DNA from: Verrucomicrobiota bacterium
Lineage (GTDB): Bacteria; Verrucomicrobiota; Verrucomicrobiia; Limisphaerales; UBA8199
Assembly: GCA_039806935.1 (NCBI GenBank)
Contig: JBDHQH010000004.1
Coordinates: 8,027 to 72,026, forward strand
Reading direction: 5' to 3'
Length of the DNA stretch: 64,000 bases
The position numbers and the translations under genes were made by a program. Positions 37,599 to 49,697 of this stretch are shown one piece after another; within the stretch, counting starts at the first letter, position 1; each line of letters begins with the position of its first letter. The notes under the pieces are model-generated. The model did not search any database. It saw only the letters and a program-made list of their open reading frames with translations, and had not been told where the DNA came from.

Positions 37599-39950
37599 AT
37601 GCGTTTAGTTATTGTTTCCAATCGTTTGCCGTTTTCGGTCGCCCTGCGGGAGGGCGCGCCGGAGTTCAAGCCCAGCTCCGGCGGGTTGACCACCGGGCTC
37701 TGGAGCTACCTCGAACAGAATGGCCAGGGCGGGCCCGGCGGACTGGATTTCCTCTGGGTCGGCTGGTCCGGTGCGTCCGTCCCACCCGAACACCAGGACC
37801 GGGTGCGGGACTACGGCCGGCGGGAGTTCAAGGCCCTGCCGTTGTTCCTTGATGACCAGAGCGTCGAGCATTTCTACCACGGCTTCTGCAACAACACCCT
37901 ATGGCCGCTCTTTCATTACTTTCCCGCCGTCACCAAATACGAGCGGAAGGATTGGCTCGAGTACCAGCGGGTGAACCAGATTTTCGCGGACGCCCTGCTG
38001 CCCGTACTCCGTCCGGACGACCTGCTCTGGATCCATGACTATCAGCTCATGCTCCTGCCGCAAATGATCCGGCGCCAGTTTCCGCGCCTGCCCATCGGCT
38101 TTTTTCTGCACATCCCGTTCCCCTCCTTCGAGGTGCTCCGGCTCCTGCCGCACGCCTGGCGGCTGGAATTGCTCGAGGGCGTGCTGGGTTCGAGCCTGGT
38201 GGGTTTCCACACCCACGACTACACCCGCGCCTTCCTCACCAGCGTGCTGCGCACCGCCGGTTACGAGCATCAGTTGGGAACGCTGACGGTCCGCGACCGC
38301 GAGGTGAAGGTGGAGACCTTCCCCATGGGAATCGAGTTCAACCGCTTCGCCCAGGCCGCCGCCTCCCCCGCGGCCGGCGCCGCGGCGGAGCAGTTGCGGG
38401 CCAGATGCGCGGGTCAAAAAATCATTTTCTCAGTGGATCGTCTCGATTACTCGAAGGGTCTGCTCGACCGCCTGCGCGGCTACGAGGCCTTCCTCAAACG
38501 CAACCCCGCCTGGCATGGCAAGGTGGTCTTTGTGCTCTCGGTGGCGCCCTCGCGCACGGGGGTGGACGCCTACCGCCGGATGCGCCGGGAATTGGAGCAA
38601 GCAGTGGGCCGCATTGTGGGCGCCTTCGGGACAGTCAATTGGGTCCCCCTGGTGTACCAATACCGCAATCTGGAATTTGACGAAATCGTGGCCATGTACC
38701 GCGGTTGTGACGTGGCCCTGATCACGCCGTTGCGCGACGGCATGAATCTGGTGGCCAAGGAGTTCATCGCCTCCCGCCCCGATCAATCGGGCGTCCTGGT
38801 GTTGAGCGAAATGGCCGGCGCGGCCAAGGAAATGGGCGAAGCCCTGATCATCAACCCCTTTCACGCCGACGACTTCGCGCAGGCGCTGGAGACGGCGCTG
38901 ACCATGCCCCTCGAGGAACAAACGCGCCGCAACCGGCTCCTGCAAGACCGCCTGCGCCGCTACGATGTGAATCGCTGGGCGACAGACTTTGTCCAGACGC
39001 TCGTCTCGACCGGGGGCGCCGACGCCGCGCGCGACGCCCGGGCGCTGACCGGCAAGGCCCAGTCCGGGCTGTTGCAACACTATCGTTCGAGCGCCCGGCG
39101 CAGCCTGTTGCTGGATTACGACGGCACGCTGGTGCCTTTCGCCGACCATCCGCGCGCGGCTTACCCGGATGCCGAGCTGTTGCAATTGTTGCGCGGTCTG
39201 GCGGACGACCCGGCCAACGAAGTGGTGATCATCAGCGGCCGCCGCCGCGCGGATCTCGAACCCTGGTTTGGCGCCCAACCGGTCACCCTGATCGCCGAGC
39301 ACGGGCTCTGGCTCCGCCCGCGCGGGGGAGACTGGCGTTTGCTGCGCGCGATCACCACCGAATGGAAAGACCGGGTGCGACCAATTCTGCAACTGCATGT
39401 GGACCGCCTGCCCGGGGCGCTGCTCGAGGAAAAGGAATTCTCACTCGCCTGGCACTACCGGCGCGCCGATCCGGAGCAGGCGCCGCTCCGGGCCAAGGAG
39501 TTGCTGGATGATTTGGCCGGCTTCACCCGCAACATCGACGTCCAGGTGCTGAAAGGACACAAGGTGCTCGAGGTGCGCAACACCGGCGTCACCAAGGGCT
39601 CGGCCGCCCTCGAGTGGATCGCCAAACGCGCCCCCGATTTCATTCTGGCCGTCGGCGATGACTGGACCGATGAGGATCTCTTCCGGGCCCTGCCCACCTC
39701 CGCTTTCTCCGTGCGGGTCGGACTGGCCCAAACCGCCGCGCGCTACTTCCTGAGCGATCCCGCCGCCGTGCGCCGAATCCTTCGCGTCCTCACCGAAATC
39801 GGCCACGCGCCCGACGCCTCGCAGTCCGGCGCTAACCCGCCGGCCAACGGACGCCCGGAGGATCCGGGACCACTCGCGAAAAAACAGACGCGCCGCCTGC
39901 TGACTCGCCACGTCTCGCCAAACCTCGCCGCCAACGGCTTGGGCGGCTGA
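37599..39950 (+). CDS. Fused trehalose-6-phosphate synthase / trehalose-6-phosphate phosphatase (OtsA-OtsB)
   Basis: GT20 motifs ([31 protein letters not shown]) followed by HAD phosphatase motifs ([24 protein letters not shown]). 783 aa. Confidence 0.85.
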   Translation: MRLVIVSNRLPFSVALREGAPEFKPSSGGLTTGLWSYLEQNGQGGPGGLDFLWVGWSGASVPPEHQDRVRDYGRREFKALPLFLDDQSVEHFYHGFCNNTLWPLFHYFPAVTKYERKDWLEYQRVNQIFADALLPVLRPDDLLWIHDYQLMLLPQMIRRQFPRLPIGFFLHIPFPSFEVLRLLPHAWRLELLEGVLGSSLVGFHTHDYTRAFLTSVLRTAGYEHQLGTLTVRDREVKVETFPMGIEFNRFAQAAASPAAGAAAEQLRARCAGQKIIFSVDRLDYSKGLLDRLRGYEAFLKRNPAWHGKVVFVLSVAPSRTGVDAYRRMRRELEQAVGRIVGAFGTVNWVPLVYQYRNLEFDEIVAMYRGCDVALITPLRDGMNLVAKEFIASRPDQSGVLVLSEMAGAAKEMGEALIINPFHADDFAQALETALTMPLEEQTRRNRLLQDRLRRYDVNRWATDFVQTLVSTGGADAARDARALTGKAQSGLLQHYRSSARRSLLLDYDGTLVPFADHPRAAYPDAELLQLLRGLADDPANEVVIISGRRRADLEPWFGAQPVTLIAEHGLWLRPRGGDWRLLRAITTEWKDRVRPILQLHVDRLPGALLEEKEFSLAWHYRRADPEQAPLRAKELLDDLAGFTRNIDVQVLKGHKVLEVRNTGVTKGSAALEWIAKRAPDFILAVGDDWTDEDLFRALPTSAFSVRVGLAQTAARYFLSDPAAVRRILRVLTEIGHAPDASQSGANPPANGRPEDPGPLAKKQTRRLLTRHVSPNLAANGLGG

Positions 39951-39961
39951 CCCCAACAACC

Positions 39962-39993
39962 AAAAAAATCCGCCGGCAATCCGCCGGCGGATT
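39962..39993 (-). terminator. Rho-independent terminator for the minus-strand gene ending at 40013
   Basis: The minus strand reads AATCCGCCGG-CGGATTG-CCGGCGGATT followed by a T-run (TTTTTTTG): a 10-bp GC-rich stem with a 7-nt loop. Confidence 0.6.
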
Positions 39994-40012
39994 CTCTAAA
40001 AGACTACCCGGG

Positions 40013-40918
40013 TTATTCCGCCAGGATCTTCGCCCGTTGCTCGTGATATTGCTCCGGGGAAATTTGGTCCTGCTGATAGGCCCGGAGCAACCGCTCCAAT
40101 CGCTGATCTTTCTCGGCGGAAATCGCCGGCTCAGGGCCTGAAAGGGGCGGATAGGGCGACTTGTGCGGCGCGATTCCCAGCGCCTCGGCCTGGGCCGCCT
40201 GACGCGCCTGGTCCACCGCCAGCGCGCGCTCCTTCTCTCGCAGCGCCGCGGTGGCCTTCGCCACTGCCTCTGGATTTGGTGCCGGAGGAAGGTTCACAAT
40301 CTCCGCCGAAGCCTGCTGCCTCCGTCCCTCCGCAGCCTCCCGCTCCGCCATCTCGCTCATGGTACGCCGCAGCGCCGCGGTCGTCTGATCCGCCGTCTCG
40401 GAGCTCCGGGGGCGATGTGCTGGCGCCGAAACCACCGGCGCGGAGGCGGGAGCGGGCGCGGCCGTCGCGGGCGTCGCGGCGGGCGCCTCCGCCTCCACCT
40501 CGGCCATTCTTCTTCGCAGCGCCTCGCGCAGTTTCGAGTCCGCCTCGGAAGGCACCCTCAGGGAGCGCGCCGGAATCGGAATCACTCGCGCGGGCGGAGG
40601 TGTTGCCACCACCGGGGCCGGGACGATCGGCGGCGGCGTCACTCCGTCCGCCGCTTCGGCCTCGGCCAATTTCCGCCGCATCGCCTCGCGAGCCCGCGCC
40701 ACGGCGTCAGTATCCGCAACCGCCGGGGCCGGGCGCGCCACGGGCGCGCGCCGCACCGGCTGCGCAGGCGCCAACACGGGCGATTCCGCCGGTTCGATTC
40801 TCGTTTGTCGCAAAAGAGCGCGCGCCTTCGCCTGCGCATCATTGTCCAGAGCGCGGGTAGCCAGCGGGAGAATGGCCCCGGCCGCGCAGAGGACCGTCAC
40901 CAGTTTTGAAATCTGCAT
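40013..40918 (-). CDS. Secreted Ala/Pro-rich repeat protein with a SHOCT-like C-terminus
   Basis: Signal peptide MQISKLVTVLCAAGAILPLATRA. Reiterated A(L/M)RR.(L/M)(A/S)E motifs are separated by Pro/Ala tracts. The C-terminus reads LERLLRAYQQDQISPEQYHEQRAKILAE. Confidence 0.55.
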   Translation of the reverse strand: MQISKLVTVLCAAGAILPLATRALDNDAQAKARALLRQTRIEPAESPVLAPAQPVRRAPVARPAPAVADTDAVARAREAMRRKLAEAEAADGVTPPPIVPAPVVATPPPARVIPIPARSLRVPSEADSKLREALRRRMAEVEAEAPAATPATAAPAPASAPVVSAPAHRPRSSETADQTTAALRRTMSEMAEREAAEGRRQQASAEIVNLPPAPNPEAVAKATAALREKERALAVDQARQAAQAEALGIAPHKSPYPPLSGPEPAISAEKDQRLERLLRAYQQDQISPEQYHEQRAKILAE

Positions 40919-41177
40919 GAGAACGATTTACGAAATTTGTTTTTCCGAGGCAACAGCTTTCGTTCCGCTCGCCACGGATCTGCCGTCGGGCGGCTGGTGG
41001 AAAAAAGTCGCCCGAAGCAATTTTTTCATATAAGCCCCGTGCTTTACAATCTGGGTTCGCAGTCCTAGAATCCGGCTAATACGGTCGCGGCACTCGGAGA
41101 TTTTGTTTAATCCTGTATAAACTAATTGACATACTCAGGATTAAGAATAACCATGGCACGCGTCAGTCATTCACTTT

Positions 41178-42668
41178 ATGAAGATTTTGGGAAAGTTAAT
41201 GAACCCGGCGCCGGCCATTTTGGCGCTGGCCGTGGTGTCCGGCCCGGTTTTCGCGCAATCGTCCGATCGCGAAGAGGTCATTCGGCAACTATTGAAGCGG
41301 GTAGAGCAATTGGAACGGCAAGTCCAGGATTTGCAAAAGTTATCCCCCGCCGCTGCCCCCGAAGTCCAGGCCCTGGAGCGCAAAGTCGCCGCGCTCGAAA
41401 AGGAACAGCAGGCGGCGGAAGGCCAGGCCCGGACCGCGCCCCGCTTATCCCTGGGAGAGTCGGGCCTGGCGTTCCGCTCCGCGGACACGAATTTTCTGAT
41501 CCAGATCAAAGCCTTCCTGCAAGTGGACTCCCGCACGTTTTTCAACGACGCCGGCCAGGCGGGAAACGATTCGATCCTGTTGCGCCGCGCCCGCCCGATT
41601 CTTCAAGGAACGCTTTACCGCGACTTTGATTTCGCTTTCATGCCCGAGTTTGGCGGCTCGGGAGCGCCCTCGATTTTGGACGCCTATGTGAATTACAAAT
41701 ACCGTCCGTGGCTGCAGTTGCAGGCGGGCAAATTCAAGGTCCCCGTGGGTCTGGAATGGCTGCAAAATGACCGCGATACGTTGTTCAGCGAGCGCGGCCT
41801 GCCGACGGCGCTCGTGCCCGGCCGCGATCTCGGCTTCAAACTGCACGGCGACCTTGCCGGGGAGCGGCTTAATTACCAAGTGGGAGTCTTCAACGAGGTC
41901 GGAGACGGGCGCACTTCAAACAACACCGATTTCGATGACGACAAGGCCGTCGCCGCCCGGCTGTATGTGAAACCGTTTCGCCACGGCTCACTGGCGGCGC
42001 TCCAGGGATTCGGTCTGGGCCTCGGCGGGAGCTACGCGCGGGTGCAAGGCACCAACAGCGCCGCCCTGCCCAGCACCATCGGCGGCCTGCTCCCCGGCTA
42101 CTACACCGCCGGCCAGCAACAGTTTTTCGCCTATAACCCCGCCGCGGGACAGGTGGCCCCGGACGGCGATCATTGGCGGCTGTCTCCCCAGGCGGGTTAC
42201 TTTTACGGACCGTTTGGGCTGCTGGCCGAGTATGTGGTTTCAGACCAGCGGGTCCGGCGGATCGGCGGCGGCCCGGCCGCGGCCGGGCACCTGGCCAACA
42301 CCGCCTGGCAGGTGGCCGCCGGCTATGTGCTCACCGGCGAGGATTTCACTTATGACGGCATCATTCCGCGCCGGAATTTCAACCCCGCTGACGGCGGCTG
42401 GGGCGCCTGGCAGATCGTCGCCCGCTATGGGCAATTGGACATCGATCACGCCGCGTTCCCGCTTTTTGCGAATCCAGCCTCGTCGGCGCGCTCCGCCGCC
42501 GAATGGTCCGTCGGGCTTAACTGGTATTTAAACCGCAACCTGCGCGCCAACGCCGGCTTTTCGCACACGAGCTTCACCGGCGGAGGCAGTGGCGGCCTCC
42601 CAGCGCCGGGAGTGGTCACCCTCAAGGACGAAAACGTCGCGATCACCCGCATCCAGGTGGCCTTTTGA
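41178..42668 (+). CDS. Phosphate-selective porin O/P (OprO/OprP) family outer-membrane porin
   Basis: Signal peptide, an N-terminal coiled coil ([16 protein letters not shown]...[13 protein letters not shown]), then [23 protein letters not shown] and [19 protein letters not shown] typical of Porin_O_P, and a C-terminal F. Confidence 0.75.
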   Translation: MKILGKLMNPAPAILALAVVSGPVFAQSSDREEVIRQLLKRVEQLERQVQDLQKLSPAAAPEVQALERKVAALEKEQQAAEGQARTAPRLSLGESGLAFRSADTNFLIQIKAFLQVDSRTFFNDAGQAGNDSILLRRARPILQGTLYRDFDFAFMPEFGGSGAPSILDAYVNYKYRPWLQLQAGKFKVPVGLEWLQNDRDTLFSERGLPTALVPGRDLGFKLHGDLAGERLNYQVGVFNEVGDGRTSNNTDFDDDKAVAARLYVKPFRHGSLAALQGFGLGLGGSYARVQGTNSAALPSTIGGLLPGYYTAGQQQFFAYNPAAGQVAPDGDHWRLSPQAGYFYGPFGLLAEYVVSDQRVRRIGGGPAAAGHLANTAWQVAAGYVLTGEDFTYDGIIPRRNFNPADGGWGAWQIVARYGQLDIDHAAFPLFANPASSARSAAEWSVGLNWYLNRNLRANAGFSHTSFTGGGSGGLPAPGVVTLKDENVAITRIQVAF

Positions 42669-42670
42669 AC

Positions 42671-43696
42671 ATGCCGCGTCGTGGAATTCAACGGGTTTTT
42701 CGCCGCCTGATCGTGGGTCTGTCAGCGACGATGCTGGCGTTCGCCGCCGAAGCCGCCAACCTCACCCTGCTCAACGCCTCCTACGACCCCACGCGCGAAT
42801 TCTACCAGGCATTCAACCAGGCCTTCGTCCGCCATTGGCGGGAAAAGACCGGCGATCAGGTGACCGTGCAGCAGTCCCATGGCGGCTCGGGCAAACAGGC
42901 GCGCGCGGTGATCGACGGTTTGCGCGCGGATGTCGTCACTCTGGCGCTGGCCTATGACATCGATGCCATCGCTGAAAGGGCGCGGCTGCTCCCCGCCGGC
43001 TGGCAAAAGCGCCTGCCGCACAACAGCGCCCCCTACACCTCGACCATTCTGTTTCTCGTGCGGAAAGGGAATCCCAAAGGCATCAAGGATTGGGATGATC
43101 TCGTGAAATCAGGCGTCTCCGTCATCACACCCAACCCCAAAACCTCGGGCGGCGCCCGGTGGAACTATCTGGCCGCGTGGGGTTACGCGCTGCGAAAAAT
43201 GAATGGGGATCCGGCCCAAGCGGAGGCTTTCGTGGCCCGGTTGTTCAAAAACGTTCCCGTGCTCGACAGCGGCGCGCGCGGCGCCACCACCACCTTCGTC
43301 CAGCGCGGCATTGGCGATGTGTTGATCGCCTGGGAAAACGAGGCCCTGCTCTCGCTCAAGGAAAGCGGCGCCGGCAACTTTGAAATCATCGCCCCCTCAG
43401 TGAGCATTCTCGCCGAGCCGCCGGTGGCGGTGGTGGACCAGGTGGCCGCCCGGCGCGGCAATCAGGCTCTGGCCCAGGCCTATCTGGAATATCTCTACAG
43501 CCCCGAAGGCCAGGAAATCGCCGCGCAAAACTTTTACCGCCCGCGCCTCGAGGAAGTCGCCCGCCGCCACGAGCGCGACTTCCCCAAACTGGCGCTCTTC
43601 ACCATCGACGAAGTCTTCGGCGGCTGGCGGACGGCGCAGAACGTCCACTTCCGCGAGGGCGGCGTGTTCGATCAAATCCAACAACGCAACCGTTGA
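42671..43696 (+). CDS. Sulfate/thiosulfate ABC transporter substrate-binding protein
   Basis: [22 protein letters not shown] and [31 protein letters not shown] motifs. The ATG is 2 nt after the porin stop. Confidence 0.85.
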   Translation: MPRRGIQRVFRRLIVGLSATMLAFAAEAANLTLLNASYDPTREFYQAFNQAFVRHWREKTGDQVTVQQSHGGSGKQARAVIDGLRADVVTLALAYDIDAIAERARLLPAGWQKRLPHNSAPYTSTILFLVRKGNPKGIKDWDDLVKSGVSVITPNPKTSGGARWNYLAAWGYALRKMNGDPAQAEAFVARLFKNVPVLDSGARGATTTFVQRGIGDVLIAWENEALLSLKESGAGNFEIIAPSVSILAEPPVAVVDQVAARRGNQALAQAYLEYLYSPEGQEIAAQNFYRPRLEEVARRHERDFPKLALFTIDEVFGGWRTAQNVHFREGGVFDQIQQRNR

Positions 43697-44523
43697 TGGC
43701 CTCCGCAAGATTCAACGCGTTGCCCGGTTTTCGCCTCACCCTGGGGTTCACGCTCTTCTACCTTAGCGCCATCGTGCTGATCCCCCTGTGCGCGCTGGCT
43801 CTGCGTGGCGCCGAGGTGCCCTGGCCCGAGTTTTGGCGGGTGATCACCGCCCCCCGCGCCCTGGCCTCCTACAAGCTGACCTTTGGCGCCTCGCTCGTTG
43901 CCGCCAGCATCAATGCCGTCTTTGGCGCCTTGCTGGCCTGGGTGCTCGTTCGTTACGAGTTTCCCGGCCGCCGCCTCATCGACGCCATGGTCGATTTCCC
44001 CTTCGCGCTCCCCACCGCCGTCGCGGGCCTCACGCTCACCAACCTGTTTTCGGCCCATGGCTGGCTGGGACAATACCTCGAGCCGCTCGGCATCCGGGGC
44101 GCGTTCACCCCGCTGGGCGTGGTCATCGCGCTCACCTTCGTCGGCCTGCCCTTTGTCGTGCGCACGCTGCAGCCGGTCCTGCAAAATGCCGAGCGCGAGG
44201 TCGAGGAAGCCGCGGCCACGCTCGGCGCGGGGCGCCTGCGCACGTTCGTCTCCATCATCGCCCCCTCGCTCTTCCCCACCGTGCTCACGGGTTTTGCGCT
44301 GGCCTTCGCGCGCGCCGTCGGCGAATACGGTTCGATCGTGTTCATCTCCGGCAACCTCCCCTTCCAGACCGAGATCACGCCGTACCTGATCGTCATGCGC
44401 CTCGAGGAGTACGATTACAACGCCGCCATCGCCCTGGCCTTGGTCCTCCTGGTCTCCTCCTTCCTGCTGCTGGGGGCGATCAATTTCCTCGAGCATTGGT
44501 CCCGGCGTTTCGAAACCAGATAA
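43696..44523 (+). CDS. cysT: Sulfate ABC transporter permease CysT
   Basis: About 275 aa. CysT-type N-terminus (LPGFRLTLGFTLFYLSAIVLIPL) and an ABC permease EAA-like loop (EEAAATLGAG). ATGA-type overlap with the upstream gene. Confidence 0.85.
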   Translation: MASARFNALPGFRLTLGFTLFYLSAIVLIPLCALALRGAEVPWPEFWRVITAPRALASYKLTFGASLVAASINAVFGALLAWVLVRYEFPGRRLIDAMVDFPFALPTAVAGLTLTNLFSAHGWLGQYLEPLGIRGAFTPLGVVIALTFVGLPFVVRTLQPVLQNAEREVEEAAATLGAGRLRTFVSIIAPSLFPTVLTGFALAFARAVGEYGSIVFISGNLPFQTEITPYLIVMRLEEYDYNAAIALALVLLVSSFLLLGAINFLEHWSRRFETR

Positions 44524-44526
44524 GCT

Positions 44527-45456
44527 ATGGGAGTCTTCGCCCCCAAACGCGAGACCGGCCACGCGCGGCGATCCCAGCGCGGCGCCGAGGAGCCGGCCCT
44601 GGCGCGCTGGCTGCTCATCGCGGCCGCCCTCGCCTTTTGCGCCGTGTTTCTCCTGCTGCCGCTGGCCAATGTTTTCGTCCAGGCTTTTGCCAAAGGCTGG
44701 AGCTTTTATTGGGCCTCGCTCGCGCATCCCGATTCTCTCGCCGCCATCCGGCTCACCCTGCTGGTCGCCGCCATCAGCGTCCCCTTGAACGTCGGGTTTG
44801 GCCTGGCGGCGGCCTGGGCCATCGCCAAATTTGAATTCCGCGGCAAACCGTGGCTGATCACCCTCATCGATCTGCCCTTCTCGGTCTCTCCCGTCGTGGC
44901 GGGCTTGATGTTCGTCGTGCTCTTCGGTCTCCAGGGTTTTCTGGGGCCCTGGCTCCAGGCGCGCGACCTAGCCATCATCTTCGCCGTGCCGGGCATGGTC
45001 CTGGCCACGGTGTTTATTACTTTTCCATTTGTCGCCCGCGAGCTGATTCCGGTGATGCAGGCCACCGGCACCGAGCAGGAGCAGGCCGCCCTCACCCTCG
45101 GCGCCTCGGGCTGGCAGACTTTCTGGCATGTCACCCTGCCCTCCGTGAAATGGGGCCTGATCTACGGCATCATCCTGTGCAACGCCCGCGCCATGGGCGA
45201 ATTCGGCGCCGTCTCGGTCGTCTCCGGCCATATCACCGGTCAGACGGACACCATGCCGCTGCGGGTCGAGAAGCTCTACAACGAATACCACGCCCCCGCC
45301 GCCTTTGCCGTCGCCAGTCTGCTGGCGCTCCTGGCCTTGCTGACGCTGGGCCTGAAAACCTTCCTGGAATGGCGTCAGGCGCGCGAGCATCAACGCGCCC
45401 AGCGCGACCCCGCAATCCTCCCCCTCGGCGCCACCCTCGATCCGCATGAGCATTGA
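44527..45456 (+). CDS. cysW: Sulfate ABC transporter permease CysW
   Basis: 309 aa. It is the second permease of the operon and has an EQAALTLGASGWQTFWHVTLP loop. Confidence 0.85.
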   Translation: MGVFAPKRETGHARRSQRGAEEPALARWLLIAAALAFCAVFLLLPLANVFVQAFAKGWSFYWASLAHPDSLAAIRLTLLVAAISVPLNVGFGLAAAWAIAKFEFRGKPWLITLIDLPFSVSPVVAGLMFVVLFGLQGFLGPWLQARDLAIIFAVPGMVLATVFITFPFVARELIPVMQATGTEQEQAALTLGASGWQTFWHVTLPSVKWGLIYGIILCNARAMGEFGAVSVVSGHITGQTDTMPLRVEKLYNEYHAPAAFAVASLLALLALLTLGLKTFLEWRQAREHQRAQRDPAILPLGATLDPHEH

Positions 45457-46549
45457 ACTGCGCAACGTCACCAAACGGTTCGGCGAAGTCGCCGCCGTCA
45501 ACAACGTCTCTTTCACCGTCGAGGACGGCGAATTGATGGCCCTGCTCGGACCCAGCGGCGGAGGCAAAACCACCGTGCTCCGCATGATCGCGGGCCTGGA
45601 GGCGCCCACCTCGGGGGATGTGCTGATTCGCGGGCGGCGGGTGAACAACCTGTCCGTCCAGCAACGCAACATCGGCTTCGTGTTCCAGAATTATGCGCTG
45701 TTCAAAAACATGACCGTGTTCCAGAACATCGCCTTCGGCCTGAAAATCAAAAAATGGAAAAAGGACGCCGCGCGCGAGCGCATTGCCGAGTTAATGAGCC
45801 TGTTCGCCCTCGACGGCCTGGAGCGGCGCTACCCGCACCAGCTCTCCGGCGGCCAGCGCCAGCGAGTCGCCATCGCCCGCGCCCTCGCCCCCAAGCCCGG
45901 CGTGCTGCTGCTCGACGAGCCCTTCGGCGCCGTGGACGCCAAAATCCGCCAGGAGTTGCGCGAATGGCTCGTCACCCTGCACCACGACCTGAACGTCACC
46001 ACGGTCTTTGTCACCCACGACCAGGAGGAGGCCCTCGAGGTCTCCAAACGCATCGTCATCTTCTCCCGCGGCCGCCTCGAACAGGTGGGCTCGCCGCGCG
46101 ACGTGTACGAGCAGCCGGTCAATGAGTTCGTCGCCCGGTTCATCGGGGTCATGAACGTGCTCGAACTCGAGGTCCGCGACGGCGTCGGCCGCGCCGGCGA
46201 ACTCGAGTTCCCCGCCGGCGGACTGCCCGACGGGCATAAGCTCCGCATCGGCTTCCGGCCCCACGCTGTCGAGATTTCAACCGACCTGGCTCAATTCCGC
46301 TATTCCGCCGTGCTGCGGCACGCCTTTTTCCTGGGCGTCCTGCTGCGCCTGGAGCTGGAGTTGCCGAGCGGCCTGACCCTGCGCACCCGCATGACCAAGG
46401 AGGAATACTCCCAACTCCAGCTCGAGGAGGGTCGCCCGGTCTCCTTTCAGATCCGCAATTACCGCGTTCTCGCCCAGGAACCCGCCCCGCTCCCGCCCGA
46501 GAACGAGTTGATCCATCCGCCCCGCCCCATGTACGCGGAGAATATCTAG
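45446..46549 (+). CDS. cysA: Sulfate ABC transporter ATP-binding protein CysA
   Basis: Walker A GPSGGGKTT, signature LSGGQRQR, Walker B LLLDEPF and a C-terminal TOBE-like domain. Confidence 0.9.
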   Translation: MSIELRNVTKRFGEVAAVNNVSFTVEDGELMALLGPSGGGKTTVLRMIAGLEAPTSGDVLIRGRRVNNLSVQQRNIGFVFQNYALFKNMTVFQNIAFGLKIKKWKKDAARERIAELMSLFALDGLERRYPHQLSGGQRQRVAIARALAPKPGVLLLDEPFGAVDAKIRQELREWLVTLHHDLNVTTVFVTHDQEEALEVSKRIVIFSRGRLEQVGSPRDVYEQPVNEFVARFIGVMNVLELEVRDGVGRAGELEFPAGGLPDGHKLRIGFRPHAVEISTDLAQFRYSAVLRHAFFLGVLLRLELELPSGLTLRTRMTKEEYSQLQLEEGRPVSFQIRNYRVLAQEPAPLPPENELIHPPRPMYAENI

Positions 46550-46610
46550 GCCGCGCCCTGGGGTCTCCACCCCGGTTTCAGAATGACGCTACGGGCCCGA
46601 GTTTAGTTCC

Positions 46611-47027
46611 GTGGCTAGTTTCTCCAGCATTCAACTCCGCCGTCTGCACGCCCGCCTGGACGAGGTAGCCTATGAGTTGACCCGGACCCGGTTCACCCAC
46701 CTCTCCGCGCCGGAACTCTGGCGGCCCGCGATCAACGCCTTCCGCTGCGGCAGCCAGCTCCGCATTTGCGTCGATCTGGCCGGGGTGGCCCGGGAGGACA
46801 TCGAAGTTCTTGCCGAGCGCCGGCGATTGATCATCCGCGGACGACGCCCCTCCCCGGAGCCGGAGGCGCGCCCAGGCGAAATTCGGCAACTGCTCGCCTT
46901 GGAGATCGATGGCGGATCCTTTGAACGACGCCTGGATTTGCCGGCCGCGGTGGATCCGGAGCGGGTCACCGCCGAGCAGCGCAACGGCCTGCTTTGGATT
47001 CTCCTGCCGCTGCTGGCTGAAGCATGA
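46611..47027 (+). CDS. Hsp20/alpha-crystallin family small heat-shock protein
   Basis: 138 aa. Alpha-crystallin-like core (LRICVDLAGVAREDIEVLAERRRLIIRG ... GSFERRLDLPAAVDPERVTAEQRNGLLWILLP). GTG start. Confidence 0.7.
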   Translation: MASFSSIQLRRLHARLDEVAYELTRTRFTHLSAPELWRPAINAFRCGSQLRICVDLAGVAREDIEVLAERRRLIIRGRRPSPEPEARPGEIRQLLALEIDGGSFERRLDLPAAVDPERVTAEQRNGLLWILLPLLAEA

Positions 47028-47040
47028 CCGCTTTCCGCTT

Positions 47041-49509
<2,469 letters not shown>

Positions 49510-49697
49510 CCCAAGCTTGCCCGACTCCATTATTCAACTCAACCGCGGGGCTCAGCATAAACCGCCCCTCCATTGGAACAGTGGCTCGGGTAAAGCCGCG
49601 GTTTCAACTCCGACTACGGTTTGGCCGCGAAACCCAGTCCGTTTCACGGCTCGCCGTTTCAACCCTTCACGGAGCCGCCAGCTCGCCACGAGCTGGG

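Noticed and set aside
41154-41169. TGGCACG match (TGGCACGCGTCAGTCA) just upstream of the porin gene, considered as a third sigma-54 promoter.
   Set aside because: The -12 position reads TC instead of the near-invariant GC. The element would also sit only about 10 nt from the ATG at 41178.
49678-49696. Hairpin of 8 bp (CCAGCTCG-CCA-CGAGCTGG) between the convergent lon and radical-SAM genes, considered as a bidirectional terminator.
   Set aside because: There is no U-run on either strand and the loop is only 3 nt. It may still stabilise 3' ends, but it cannot be called an intrinsic terminator from sequence alone.
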